This document shows positions 24,101-36,999 of a DNA stretch of 64,000 nucleotides, piece after piece. Source of the stretch: Eledone cirrhosa (lineage: Eukaryota); the NCBI GenBank assembly GCA_964016885.1, contig OZ024740.1, positions 239,878,001 through 239,942,000 on the forward strand, read 5' to 3'. Within the stretch, counting starts at the first letter, position 1, and the number at the start of each line of letters is the position of its first letter. The position numbers and the translations under genes are program-made. The notes beneath the pieces were generated by a model that had not been told where the DNA came from, ran no database searches, and was given only the letters and a program-made list of their open reading frames with translations.

Positions 24101-26450
24101 TCTATACCTGTCAGACAGTTCAAAACGTCTGAGCAGGTTGTTGAGGCTTTTACACCTTCCTATCCTGTCTACTAGCCCCACATAATCCCAGCCTGCATCT
24201 AAGATACCGTTCCAGTCGCCCACTAACACTAAGGAGCAGGACGTTCCAAGAAAGGTCTCTAGACGTCTGAAGAAATCTGGCCGTTCTGCCCCTGTTGGGT
24301 CGTAGACGGCTACTAGCCTGAAAGCATTGCCTTCGCTGCCGTTCACGTCCAGCACCACCGACTTACCTTCTGGGTCCAGGAAGATGGCTCGTATGGCGAG
24401 ATCCAAGCCTCTCCGAAAAAGCACAGCAACTCCCCCCACCCCCACCCCACCCCACCCCGATCCTAGACGGCTGGGAGATGTGTATACATCGTAGCCGCCG
24501 AAGATCGGTGCGAAGCCTCATGCATCGGAGGTTTTGGTCTCGCTGGTGGCCACCACATCTATGTTTAGTGACCTGAGATCGTTGGGCAGGTGACCCTGCT
24601 TCCAAGATGATCCATCCCACGTGCATTTATGCTGCCTATTCTAAGTACGGCCATGTTGGATGTGGAGCGGGGCAAGTGAGAAAGGATCACTTACCTTGAT
24701 CGTGTGGGGAAGGGCAGTAAAACCGTCCCCATGACTGGTCATGGGTGTCTCCAAGACGATATCCTTGTAGCTTCTTTTGGAGATTGATCTTCTGAAATCG
24801 CCAACTACGTTGGGGAATTTTTGTTTTAATTGTTTGTAGTTTTCGAGTTCAATTTCTACAATGTTAATGTTTTTTGGTAATGTCCTTGGTGTTGGTGGTG
24901 TGTGGTAATTTACGTCTGAAATATCGGTGTAGTGTTTTATGTGTTCCATTAGTCCTTGGTGTGCAATGTTTATGACTGTGTACTTTTTGGGGGAAGGTGG
25001 TTTTGTTGCTGATTTCTTATTGTTGCTGTTGGGTATGTGTAGTTTGTAGTGTTTGTGATGTTGGTGTTTTTGGTGATGCTGGTGGTGGTGTGGTTGTTGT
25101 TGGTGTTGATGCTTGTGGTGGTGAAGTTGATTTTGGTGGTGTTTCTGCAAGTCTCCTTGCAGTCTTTATTCTTCTTTCTTTGCCTTCGCTTTTGGAGGGA
25201 GGAGCTGTGGTGTTTTTCCGTTTGTTTTTTTTTGTTTTTTTGTTATCAACACTTTTCCACTCCTCAGCCGCCTCATACTGTGAGAGGTCGGGGAGGGGTA
25301 TGAGTTCTACCCTCTCATTTGTCTTTGTTGTTGTTATTGTTGTTGTTGGTGGTGGTGGAGCCTGGTTTGCCGCTCCTGGCACAGGTGCAGCTAGTGCAAC
25401 TGTTTTTGTTGCTGCAGCTGCCATCGCTGTTTTTGTTGACCGTGTCTTTGGTGTGGGTACCACGGACGTTGTCTTCCTACTCTCTGTAGAAGCTTCCGAC
25501 TTTTTCGCTGACTGCTCTGTTTCTGATGGCAGCAGTTCTGGCGTTGGAAGGAGGGTGACGTTGGCCTTTGTTATTTTCTGTGGGCAGAAAGCCCTGAGGT
25601 GAGACTTTGATCCACAGTTGAAGCTTTTTGGGCGCCTTCCTTCAACAGATATGGGAAGTTGAGATCCATTCCCGAGGTCTATTACGTCGGGAAGTGTTGA
25701 TGCAGTCCAGGTCGGTTTGGATGAGCATCTCCATTCCAATACCGGACCAGTCCTCTCTCCCCAACTTCTGTAACTGCAAAATGGTTGTTTTACCTTCGAT
25801 GCCCGCTAGAAAAGACACGAGTAGCCAAGGCACGGGTACGTAGGGCGGGACCTGAGTTACCTTGACCTTTGCAATTTTTTTCCCGCAGTAAAACAGGACT
25901 AACGTTATGTCATCACTCCGTAGGGTCCTCAGTGAGTGCGATGTTGCTTCCTGAGTGGTAGCAAAAAGGACGTCCACAGTAGTATATTTCTAGCCACGGG
26001 TGATGTGGGTTTTCCATTCCCACACAGTTCCCAAGGCCTTCTGGATTTGGGCCTCCGAGGCTTTCTCCACACGACGCGATTTCGTGGCAATCGTGCGGTA
26101 CGATACTGTGCGTCGCTCTTGTTCCTCCAGGAAGTCGGTTGGTGGTTTCAAGGACACTGAAAATTCAGTTCTGGTTACCATGTGTCTTGCGACCGCCATC
26201 TCCTCCTCTGTGATGATGATTGTTTCTACGTTGGGAGTTATTTTTGCAAAAGAGGTGGTCTCTTTTTCAGTGGCGTCATTGTTGCCGCCGCTACTGCTGC
26301 TACTGGTTTTGTTGTTGGTGGTGCTGTTGTTGTTGTTGTTGCCACTTCTACAAGCGGTGTTGTTGGTGTTGCTGCTAATGCCGCCGCTACTGCTACCACA
26401 GGTGTTAATTTTAATACAGCCGCTGCTGCTGCTATCTCCCTTGTTGTTAA
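21148..26450 (-). mobile_element. Tx1/L1-clade LINE subfamily B: most of ORF1, frameshifted ORF2 (EN-RT-CCHC) and 3' UTR
   Basis: ORF1 has TSFAKI, a degenerate knuckle SFNCGSKSHLRAFC and a P/T-rich region. ORF2 starts at ~24654 and shows APE motifs (LVGDWN, SYLDRVF, TEHK), KSPGLDG, RQGCPLS, AYADD and CPRCAQSDETVVHALVQC. The distal 3' tip appears to lie at 19268-19330. Confidence 0.9.
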
Positions 26451-29400
26451 AGGACGCGTTTAGCTTCCAGTAGCCGGGTCCTCGTCTATGAAGCCTATCT
26501 AAGTCAAGCACACAGATCACGAATTTGTGGTCCGTGTAGCTGACTATCTTGAATTGTGGACAGCCTATGCTAGACCTATCTATTTCCCTACAATTACTCT
26601 CTCTAGATATGATCTTGATGACCCTATGCGATTTGTCCAAGTCCACATTGGCACATTCTGGAAATCCAATCGGTACCTGTCAGACAGTTCAAAACGCCTG
26701 AGCAGGTTGGTGAGGCTCTTGCACCCTCCTCCCCTCTCTGCTAATCCACACAGTCCCAGCGAGCATCTAAGATCCCGTTCCAGTCGCCCACTAACACTAA
26801 AGAGAGCGGGACGTTCCAAGAAAGGTCTCCAGACGCCGGAAGAAATCAGGCCGCCCTGCTCCTGTCGGGGCATAGACGGCCACTAGCCTGAAAGCTTGCC
26901 AGTCTCCGCTGGTCACGTCCAGCACCACCAACTTACCCTCTGGGTCCAGGAAGATGGCCCGTATGGCGAGATCCAAACCTCTCCGAAAAAGCACAGCAAC
27001 TCCTCCCCTCGATCCAGGACGGCTGGGAGATGCGTACACATTGTAGCCGCCGAAGATCGGTGCGAAGGCTCGTGCTTCGGAGATTCTGGTCTCGCTGATG
27101 GCCACTACATCTATGTTTACTGACCTGAGGGCGTTGAGCAGGTGGCCCTGCTTCCATGACGACCCCAAGCCACGCGCATTTATGCTACCTATTCTGAGTG
27201 AGGTGATGTTGAAATGGAGTGGAAAAGATGGGAAAGACCACTTACCTTACTTCTCGTAGAGGAAGGATGGTTCCTCCCCCCTTTTCACTGCTTCTGGCCT
27301 CCTCCGGAAGGATGTCCTTATAAATCCTCCTGGAGACTGCTTGTCGGAAGTCTCCGATGTCTTTGGTGATTTTTTGTTTTAGTGTCGTGTACGTTTTCTG
27401 TGTGATGCGAGTGATTTGTATGTGTGGAGGTGGTGTGAATTTTGGGGTTGTTATGTAGTCTTTTTCTGTGATGCTGGTGTTGTGTTGGATGTAGTGTAAT
27501 AATTGGTTGTTGTTCAAATTTAATGCTGTGTAGTGTGTATCGTTTTGGTTGTTTTGTTTTGTTTGCGTTTGTTGTGGGTTTGTTTCTGTTTCGCTTTTTG
27601 GTGACTTTTGTGGTGTTGGTGATGGTGGTGTTGGGGTTAATGATGGTGATGGTGTTGGTGTTTGTGGTGATGGGGTTGTTGATGGTTTCTCCATCCCTTT
27701 TCACTTGATCGTCTGGTGAAGGGATCGTTGAATCGTCCCTTCGGCTGGTCGTCGGCTCTTCTATGAGTATGTCCGAATATACTATCCAGTTGAGAGTCCC
27801 TCCTAGGTCTCTGAAATCACCAACTGCGTTGGGGAATTTCGTTTTAATGTTTGTGTATTGTTTCTGTGCTATTCTTACCAGTCTTATGTTCGTTGGTGTT
27901 TTGATTGGTGCTGGTATTATGTAGTCGTGTTTTGAAATGTCTGTGGGTTCAATTATGTAAGTCATTAGTTTCTTGTTGTGTGTATTTATTGCCGTGCATT
28001 TGTTTTTCTGGGGGTGGGGTGTGGTTCTGCTATTTTCTTGTCGTTGTTGCTGGGTGTGTGTGTTTTGTTGTTGTGTTTGCGATGTTGGTGCTTGTGGTGG
28101 TGGTGTTGAAGGTGTTGTTGTTGTTGGCGGTGGGGTTGTCGCCAGTGGTGATGGTGGTGCTAGTGTGGGTGGTGATGGTGTTGGTGGTGTTGCTGCTGTG
28201 AGTCTCTTTGCAGTAGCCTTTACCCTTTTTTCATTTCTTTCCTCCCTTTTCGAAGGCGACGATGCGCTGCTTCTGCGTTTGTGCATTCTTGCGACCTTTT
28301 GCCGTCCCTCTCCCACCTCACACTCCATGTCTGATTCTGTGAGGTCGGGGAGGGGTTCCAGCTCCACTCTTTCACTTGTTGTTGGTGATGTTTGCAGTGG
28401 AGTCTCTGTTGCAGCTGCATTTGGTATTACTGTTGTTGTTGTTAATACTTCCACTGCTGCTGCTGTTCTTGATTTCCGTGGCGTGGGTATGCGTGCCACG
28501 GACCTATCGTTCCTGGTTGCCGCTTGTCCTGTTGCTGGTAGCCGTGTAGCCGGTTTCGGAAGGAGGGGGGTTTTCTCCTTTCTCAGGGTCTTCTCGTTGC
28601 AGAAGGCCCTGAGGTGAGTCTTCGATCCACAGCGAAAGCATTTCGGGCGTTTGCCCTCAACACTTATGGGCAGTTGAGTGCCGTTATCGAAGTCTATCAC
28701 ATCTGGGATAGCTTCGATGCTCTCCTGGATAATTTGGATTAACATCTCAATGGAGGTGCCGACCCAATCTTCTTTTACTCTTTTCTGTACTTGCAGTACA
28801 GTTGTTTTGTCCTCGATTCCGACGAGGACAGACGCGGCCAGCCAAGAAGGGGCCATCCCGGGCGGGGGGGGGGACGTGGGTCACTTTGACCCTCACAATT
28901 TTTTGCCCGCAGTAGGAGTGCACCAACACCATTTCCTCGCTCCTTAGGGTCACTAAGGATTGAGCCTTTGCCTCCTGGGGTGTGGCAAAAAGCACGTCTA
29001 CGGTGGCATATTTCTTGCCTCGGGTGATATGCGTTTTCCGCTGCCACACAGACCCTAAGGCTTTTTGTATTTGAGCCTCTGTGGCTCTTTGAACCCTACG
29101 GGGTTTTGTGCTTACTGTACGGTACGTGACCGTACAGTGCTGTTGGGTTTCGAAAAATGTTTCGGCTGCCTTGCAGATTGCTCGGTGTCCGGTTTTCGTC
29201 ACCATCTTCTTCGCTTCCTGTAATTCCTCATTTGTTATGAGGATGGTTTCCAGGTTCTTTGCGATACCTGCAAACAAGATTGTTTTTTCTTTGCTGCTGT
29301 TGTTGTTGTTGTTGTCGTCGGAGCTGCTGTTACTTTTGTTGTTGCTGCAGGTACTACGACTAGTGCCGCCGCCGCTGTTGCTGTGGTTGTTGTTGTTGTT

Positions 29401-30023
29401 GCTGCTGCTGCCGTTGTTGTTGTTGTTGTTGCTGTTGCTGCTAATGCTGTTGTTGTTTATGCTGTTGCGGCTGCTACTGTTGTTTTCCTTGTCACTGTTG
29501 CTGCTGCTGCTGTTATTACGGCTGCTACTGCTATTATTCATGACGCCAGACGAATGAAATGGGTTTTCGTATTTAACGCACACCTTTTTCGTCGTTGTCG
29601 TCGTCATCGAGAAATGTTCCATGCTTTGCACGTGATTTTGGAAACTATTTTTCTTTACTGGCGTCGCTTGCGAAAGAGAAGGGAGGGAGAGAGACACATT
29701 TAGAGAAGGGAGGGAGAGAGACAATCTTCTCTCTGCTGTAGTGACGATTGAGGAAGAAGAAGACGGAATGAGTGGGAGTGACTTGTGAAAATTCTTTTTC
29801 GTAGCCATGTTTTTTTTTTGTTTAAAATAAATATTGGGCACAAAACCCCAATAAGCGGTTATTTAACCCCGAAGGGCCAAATAACGGGCAGAAAGACCCC
29901 TCTCACGAGGAGGAGGGTGTTTTTGTCTACAATTTGGTTAAAGTTTTAAACAATTTACAATTGTTATAGCGGTCAAAATTTACAATACATTACAGAGCCG
30001 AGCCTCCGTCAACTATGGCATTC
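26451..30023 (-). mobile_element. Tx1/L1-clade LINE subfamily A: 5' UTR, ORF1 and APE endonuclease, 3'-truncated or fused to element B
   Basis: ORFs 28747-29841 and 27318-28856 (poly-N/S; CFRCGSKTHLRAFC) and EN ORF 26797-27168 (NIDVVAISET). Homology ends at GPGYWKLNAS. The 5' end abuts (AAT)n at 30024-30052. Confidence 0.9.
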
Positions 30024-30052
30024 AATAATAATAATAATAATAATGATAATGA

Positions 30053-31757
30053 TTTCATTTATTGGCCTACGAGGTCCGACATATAGGGGACAATACAAAA
30101 GACTGGGATTGTGGGGTTTTACAGAAAAATCGAGTAAACAATATGAATAACAATAACAAAGTAACAATATAAATACAACGAGAAAAATTCCCCAATAGGG
30201 GGAATGCCCACCCAGGGTTCGCTCAGGTACTCCACCAATCCTGAACGACCCGACGCTTCGAGAGCATCCTGGAAGGGCACCCCTCTCCTCCTCAAATTTA
30301 CCCACCTACAGGCGCAGGACCAGAGTAGGCCCACTCACACGGGCTATTCTCGCCACATTCACCCACCTTTCAGCAAATGTACTGGGGGGCAGCACTTCTC
30401 TCTCCACCGTCACCTTCCTTTCCAAGTGAAACTTGAAAAAGTTGATGAGGGATTGGCCGAAGAGAAAAGTGTCTGTCTTCAGTCCTTTCAACCTCGTCCA
30501 CCATACGACCTCTTTCGCTACTGCCACCAGACAGGAAAGTTGCCTGCCCTTCCTGGCCAAAGGAAGGCGGCGGGTCGATCTTCACTATGGACTCGGCCGT
30601 TAGCCGGATACGTTCTACACGTGACAACAGCTGTTCGACATAACTCCACAAGTCAGTAATGCACGGACACTGGACGAGTGCGTGCAGAACGGTTTCGTCG
30701 CTCTGCGCGCATCTTGGGCAAGTCCGTCTGACAGCACTTCCGTGCCTGTAGAGTTTATCTCGAACCGGTAGTGCCCCCCGGTAGCACTGCTAAGAGAGGG
30801 ATTTTTGGAAATTATCCATCGTCCCCGGCTCGAAAGTCCTCCGGAACAGACTGGTTAGTTCGACTTCGTCGACTCCCAGAGCCTCTCCGAGTGCGTCATC
30901 GCCTTCCCCACCACTAATCCTCTATAGAACTCGAGAGTGGAAGTTCCACCGACCGCATTGCCCGCCTGGTAGAGGGCAGTGAGTGCCTGGCAACATTCCA
31001 GATGCCAGTCACCCAGTCTCGGTCTCTTCTTGACCCAGGACTGCAGCTCAGTCAAAGAGACGAACTGCGGAAAGGCCCGTCTGACAAACGGCGACCACAC
31101 CTGTTCACCGTTTAGTCAGAATATCTGGAGATGCCGCAGCCTCAGCGCGTGTCTGCGTAGCATTAACTACGGCATGCCCAGCCCTCCACGTAGAGGGTGC
31201 TGGCAGCAAATGGACCACCTCACCAACGGAACCTGACCCCTCCACAAGAATTTGAAGAGGAGCCGCTCCAAGATGGCGAGGCGCGAACGGGGGCAAGGGA
31301 CGACAGTCAGACGGTAGTAGATGACGGACGCGATGTACGCGTTCGCCACCTCCGCCCGACCTTTCAGTGATAGCTTCCTCCCAGCTCATTTTGGGGTGAG
31401 ACTGGCTACCCTTCCCGTCACCTCGTCCCAATTCTTATCCACCTGGAGGTCTGGCCCGAACCAAACCCCTAGCAACTTTACGGGTCCGTCCGTCCGTCCG
31501 TCCAGCGCCTAACGACGCTGTTGGACGGCATGGACTTGCCTCTGCTGAGTTGCAAGCCCACCGACTTTTCCGGGTTAAGTTTTGCTCCCGTCAACCTTTT
31601 ATATTCCTCCAATAAGTTGCCGACCACGTCGATTTCTGAGGTGTCCGACACCATCACGGTGATGTCGTCCGCATAAGCCGACACAGCCTTTCCGCGTCCC
31701 GGTTCGAGCGGGATGCCCTGCAATAGCTCCAGCTTCCGCAGTAAAGGCTCGAGAGTC
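30053..31757 (-). mobile_element. 5'-truncated Tx1/L1-clade LINE (third subfamily)
   Basis: SAYADDITV, GGLGMP, and the C-terminus ...RVSGPTLVLRL. The 3' UTR has AATAAA followed by (ATT)n. Confidence 0.88.
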
Positions 31758-34697
31758 AATAAGTTCAGCTAAAATTATATTTCTTAAATTGATTATTTTT
31801 AGCTTAAAATATTTCATAAACCGTAATAATTTAATTAATGCATTCATTTGTAGCACATCTTTCCTATAATTGTTTCCCCTTTCCAGTTTTCTTGTTTTTT
31901 TTTGTTTGTTTTTTTTTTTTTGTTTTTTTTTTTTTGTTTTTTCTTTTGTTCTTTTTTTTCAATATTTTTCATATTAGAAACTCTTAAACTGATTATGATA
32001 TAGATCGATGAACATGCCCTACTAAGACGATCTTTCTAGTAATGAGGCTAAGTGTTGTTAGATATCTGGAGCTAGTGAGATAAAAAGAAAAATGTGTGCA
32101 AAGTTATAAAATCGATATCCGTTTAGTTAGGTTGGCAGGACATCGATTGACTGAAGGTTTAAGAAAGACATGGAATAGAATATGTCATAACATCTTAACA
32201 CCTTTGTTTTGCTGCTTTTGTGATTTTTTTTAATGGTTGAGTTATTCAACGTTAATTTTTTTAAATTAAATTATCATTTCTGAACACCGTCTAAAACCAT
32301 CGAGAATTATATAGCGATATGTTACTAATGTTATGGCAAATCTTAAAAGACGTTGGACATCAAATCGGTAGAGCACCGCACAAATAATTTGCAGTAGCCA
32401 TGACGCTCCTTTAGACTTTGAAAATCACCCGAGCTGATTTTTTCCATCCAACTTGGCTTTAATAAAAAAAAAAAATTAAAAAAAGGGCACCTGTTCTATA
32501 TTGACAATAGGTTCAATAGACTATAACAGTCCACCCAAATAAATATCTGATCAATTTGCCAATGGAAGAACTATTTTGACAGTCAATTGGTTAGAAGGAC
32601 GGAAAGTGATGAGCAGTGTAATATAGTAGAGTATTTACTTGCGGTTATTTTGCGTATGGTACCGATAAAATAGTGTCAACTGGCCAACGCGGAAGCTTCT
32701 GCATGGTTGCTTGAATTGGTAGAAATAACAGCATAATCTCCCTCATCGCACTCCACCATTTTCAAAAAGTGAATTACATACGTGTGGTTGGACATGAAGC
32801 TAAACAACAATCACAAATAAGTACTAATAATTAGTTAGGTGTGATCCAATTGATTTTTGTTCTAGACTAAAATGACGGCTTTGTTAAAATTCGAGGAATA
32901 TAAGATCAAGTCAAATTTATTGTTGGTTAACCTAAAAATGAACGGCGAATACACTTTTACATTTTTAAGTGAAACAAAGTCAGTTTAATATAAAGAGTGC
33001 AATGAGATGGAAAAAAGGAGATGGAAGAATTATAGAAATAAGATATAATAAAGAAATTTCAGCAAATATTATGAATATGTATAAATATTGAAGATTTTTA
33101 TTAAAATTATTACCGGGCTTCCTTAGATGGTTTCAGTATCATATAAGTTGATTTTTTATTTATTTTCGTTTGAAAACTGGTTGCTAGGTTCTCGCACAAT
33201 CCTTCTGCATTTAAAATATATGTTGTGAGTGGTCTCCTACGTCCCTTCTCGCGGCGTAACGCAGCTGATTCCGGGAGATAAGGAGAAAGAGAGAGACAGA
33301 AAGAAAGAGTGAGAGAGAGAGGGGTGGGGGAAGAGAAAGGGGTGAAAGTGAATGAGAGAGAAAGTTGAGAATGAAAATCGATCATAGTATTTGACAGGGA
33401 CTATATTAACTGACAAAAAAAAAGCAAATGTGACCCTAATGGGATCTCAAATCAGAGTGCCAGGGAGCTGGAACAAATAATATAGGGTAATTCGCTGCTT
33501 TATATGTTTAGGAGTTTCCTAATTAATTAACATCCACATACATGACTGCAGTACTTGAGAATGGAGGCGGAAAATTAGTAGTTGTTAAGGCACCAAATTA
33601 AGAATTCCTCTGTGGTTGTTCTGGATTGCGGTTAGAGTTCCAGTCCCTCTATGGTCTGCGATAACGTACCAGTACTGGGCTTGATTCGCCCTTTTTTCGT
33701 TTTCTTTCTTTGAAAAACATCGGCTATGTTCTGCCTAATTTACAATACCTAAGACACGCCTTGTATCAGGACGGCACCTCTTCGGCACCATCAGGAGTTA
33801 AAAGCTTACTTATTTACTTGAGGATTGTCTTTGCCTTTCATTCTTCTGGATTCGATAACATAAATACCAGTCAAATACTGAGTGATATAGTCGACTGTCG
33901 CCACTCAATAGATTTAAGGCTTATCTTCGATTTAAGGATTATCTTTATAAAAATATTAACCTTCCCATGAATGTTGAAACTATTCCAATTAGTGCCCCAC
34001 CTCAGTAATTTATATTTATGCAAATTTGTAACTTTTTATGAATTGTGATGGAGTTGTAGGAGCGCCGTCCTGGCACACGCTGTGTCCTGGGCATTTTAAG
34101 ACTGACGGAACCCAAACCTCTTTCTCATAGTATTCAAAGCACATTTCGTTTTGTATCAAAACAAAATGCAAGCATGCTTCATCGTTCAATCTTGGGTTAA
34201 GCAACAGTAAATTACATCTAATCTGATATATCATATTTCCCCTTTAAAGAAAATCAAATATATGTTCTATATCCATTGCAAAACCACATTTATAACAAGG
34301 GAGGTTGTCAGGATGCTATGCTGACAATCATTTACTAAACAACAACGTGGTTTATGTGAAAAACAGAGAATCTAATAACCTAAACACCGATATATTTCCC
34401 GAAAAGCATGTATAAATTCTACCGCAACTATCAATAACCTAGCTCTTTAGAATTAATGGGGCTTCTTAAAAACATCGTGTACAAACTGGTTCACTTTTCA
34501 ACATTGAAACAGAAGTTATTTTATCATCTGTGAAATATTCATTGTAAATCTAAATCAACTAATCTATCACATATATATATACGTATACATATATATATAC
34601 ACATATATATATATGTCTATCTCTCTCTATATATATATGTGTGTGTATATATATATATATATATACACACACATACACACATATGTATGTGTGTGTT

Positions 34698-34728
<31 letters not shown>

Positions 34729-35159
34729 GAATGTGTATGTTTATGTTTGTCTCTGTGTTTGCTCTGTTAGTAAAAGCAAATAGTGTCTGCCTATTTGCTC
34801 ACCTGCACAAGTATGTGTAAACGTGTACACCACCAATATTTACATATTTATGAATTTCTCTCACCTTCCATTTAAATATAACCGTCTGCAAGTTTGGCAC
34901 ATGAAATTACATTACTAAAATGTATGATATTTTCTCACTAAAACAACATTACTGATATTTGTGTAGTTTTGAATCAAAGCTTTCATCTTCAGTGACTGAT
35001 GGAATATGAAAAGTCAGATAAATTTTGTAAATGTCCATGCCTTGTAATGAGTACAGGGATAATGGAGAGCTAAACATTGGGAACAACATTGATCTTTTAC
35101 AACATAAAATGCATCCCTTCCCACGAAAGACTCATCAATGAACAATAAAAATTATTATT

Positions 35160-35790
35160 AACTTTGCCTTTCATCCTTACGGGGTCGATAAAATAAAGCA
35201 CCAGTAATGCACTGGGGTCATTTTAATCGGCTTTCCCCTCACCAAATATTGCTGGCTTTGTGCCTATAGTAGATATAATAATAATTATAGTAGATATAAT
35301 AATAATAATTTCCAATCGCGTAATATTACATATTTAGGTATCCAGATTAATGGTTTTTGTCCACAGTCTACAAGTTTGAAAATGTATGTATATATAGTGT
35401 GTGTAATGTATGTTCAGTGTATATATAATGTACATATAGATAATAATTATTATTATTTACGGTCTGAGTTCAAATCCCGTCGAGGTTAACTTTGCCTTTC
35501 ATCCTTACGGGGTCGATAAAATAAAGTACCAGTAATGCACTGGGTAATTGCTGGCCTTGTGCCAAAAGTAGAAACAATTATTATATATATCAAGGTAAGG
35601 ACGGTTGATTGGCAGAATCGTTAGAGTGTCGGAGGCATTTGAGGCATTTATTCCGCATATTTACGTCTTGAGTCTTGAGACCACCAAGGTCACCTTTCAG
35701 TGTCGATAAAATAGAATACCAGTCACACACAACGGTCGAATTTCCCTTCCCCTAAAATTTCTGGCTTTGTACCTAAATCAGAAATTATAT
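35160..35790 (+). mobile_element. Cluster of three partial or diverged tRNA-derived SINEs (35160-35280, 35459-35583, 35598-35790)
   Basis: Each carries the TTTGCCTTTCATCCTTACGGGGTCGATAAAATA core or a diverged version of it. Confidence 0.8.
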
Positions 35791-35819
35791 TTTTTATTGC
35801 TAGCTTTCACTCTACTACC

Positions 35820-36360
35820 GAGTGTACTCTATGAGTTTTGAGTATGTACAATATTTTGCTGTAGCTTTGTATTGTCATTGCATTTATAATACCCTATGTG
35901 GTATGTGTGCAATGCTTAGTAGAGTTATTTTCTGTATTCGATGTATATTTGTAAAATACTAGTATTTTGGTTATGTATTTGTTTGTATCTTTTTTAATAA
36001 TTCCGAAGACAACAATAGGGAATTTTTTTTTTTTTAGTTCATAAATTCCGATTACCTGCAAATCCAGACCTTTATATTTGGATTATTTCTCAGTTTCTCT
36101 TAGAGATACATCGTCACCTGTTCATACTAATACTGCAATCAAGAAACAATTCTTTTCTTGGTGGTTTTCACAATAATATCCAACCGAATTATTACGTTCC
36201 CCCAAATGACGGTTGCTTTCTTTGATATATTTGATGTGTGGTTATGCCACATGTTTTCTCTTGGTATTTCATAATACTGGCATAGTTTCCACTTTATTAG
36301 AGCCCCAACTTCATCGAGCCTGTAAAGGTATTCCTTTTTGTATAAACTTGGGCAACCATA
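35820..36360 (-). mobile_element. Highly degenerate R4-type RLE LINE 3' fragment
   Basis: The reverse complement gives GCP.L....YL.R.DEVG..I.WKLC and a downstream RLE-like region; it has many stops. Confidence 0.5.
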
Positions 36361-36437
36361 GTTAATCCTTTTATGTCAGATTTTCGGTGATAGTGCTGTC
36401 AATGTTGTTGGGGTTGTCATTATTTTATCTGAGTGTG

Positions 36438-36658
36438 AGGGCGGTGGATTGGCAGTATCGGTAGAGCGTCGGACGCCATGCTTTGCAGCATAGAGTTACA
36501 CCCATTTATGGTCTGAGTTCAAATCCCGCCGACGTTAACTTTGCCTTTCATCCTTACGGGGTTGATAAAATAAAGTACCAGTCATGCACTGGGGTCGATT
36601 TTATCGACTTTGCTCTCCGCCAAAATTGCTGGCCTTGTGCCCATATAAGAAACCATTA
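36438..36658 (+). mobile_element. tRNA-derived SINE
   Basis: Full consensus with A and B boxes, core and tail. Confidence 0.9.
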
Positions 36659-36999
36659 TTTTATCTGAGTGTCTGTCCACTGTTGATGATAATATGTCAG
36701 CCACGAGATATTACGTAGTATTAGAATCAAGGGGAATATAATTGTTTTAGTGTGAGTTCAAAATACCTACCTGATCAAAATGTAATGTTCACTAATACTC
36801 ACCGAAGGAACTATTTCTACTAGTGTTGCACATATAAAGTAAAATAAATCAATCCCGTCGAGATCAGCCTTCATTCTGGTGTCGATTTAATCGACTTTCC
36901 CCTCTCCCAAAATTGGTTTGAAATGCCTTAGAAATGCCGTATGTCAACACGGTGACCATACCACTCCCTCGGGAGTTACGGGACCATGCATACCATGCA

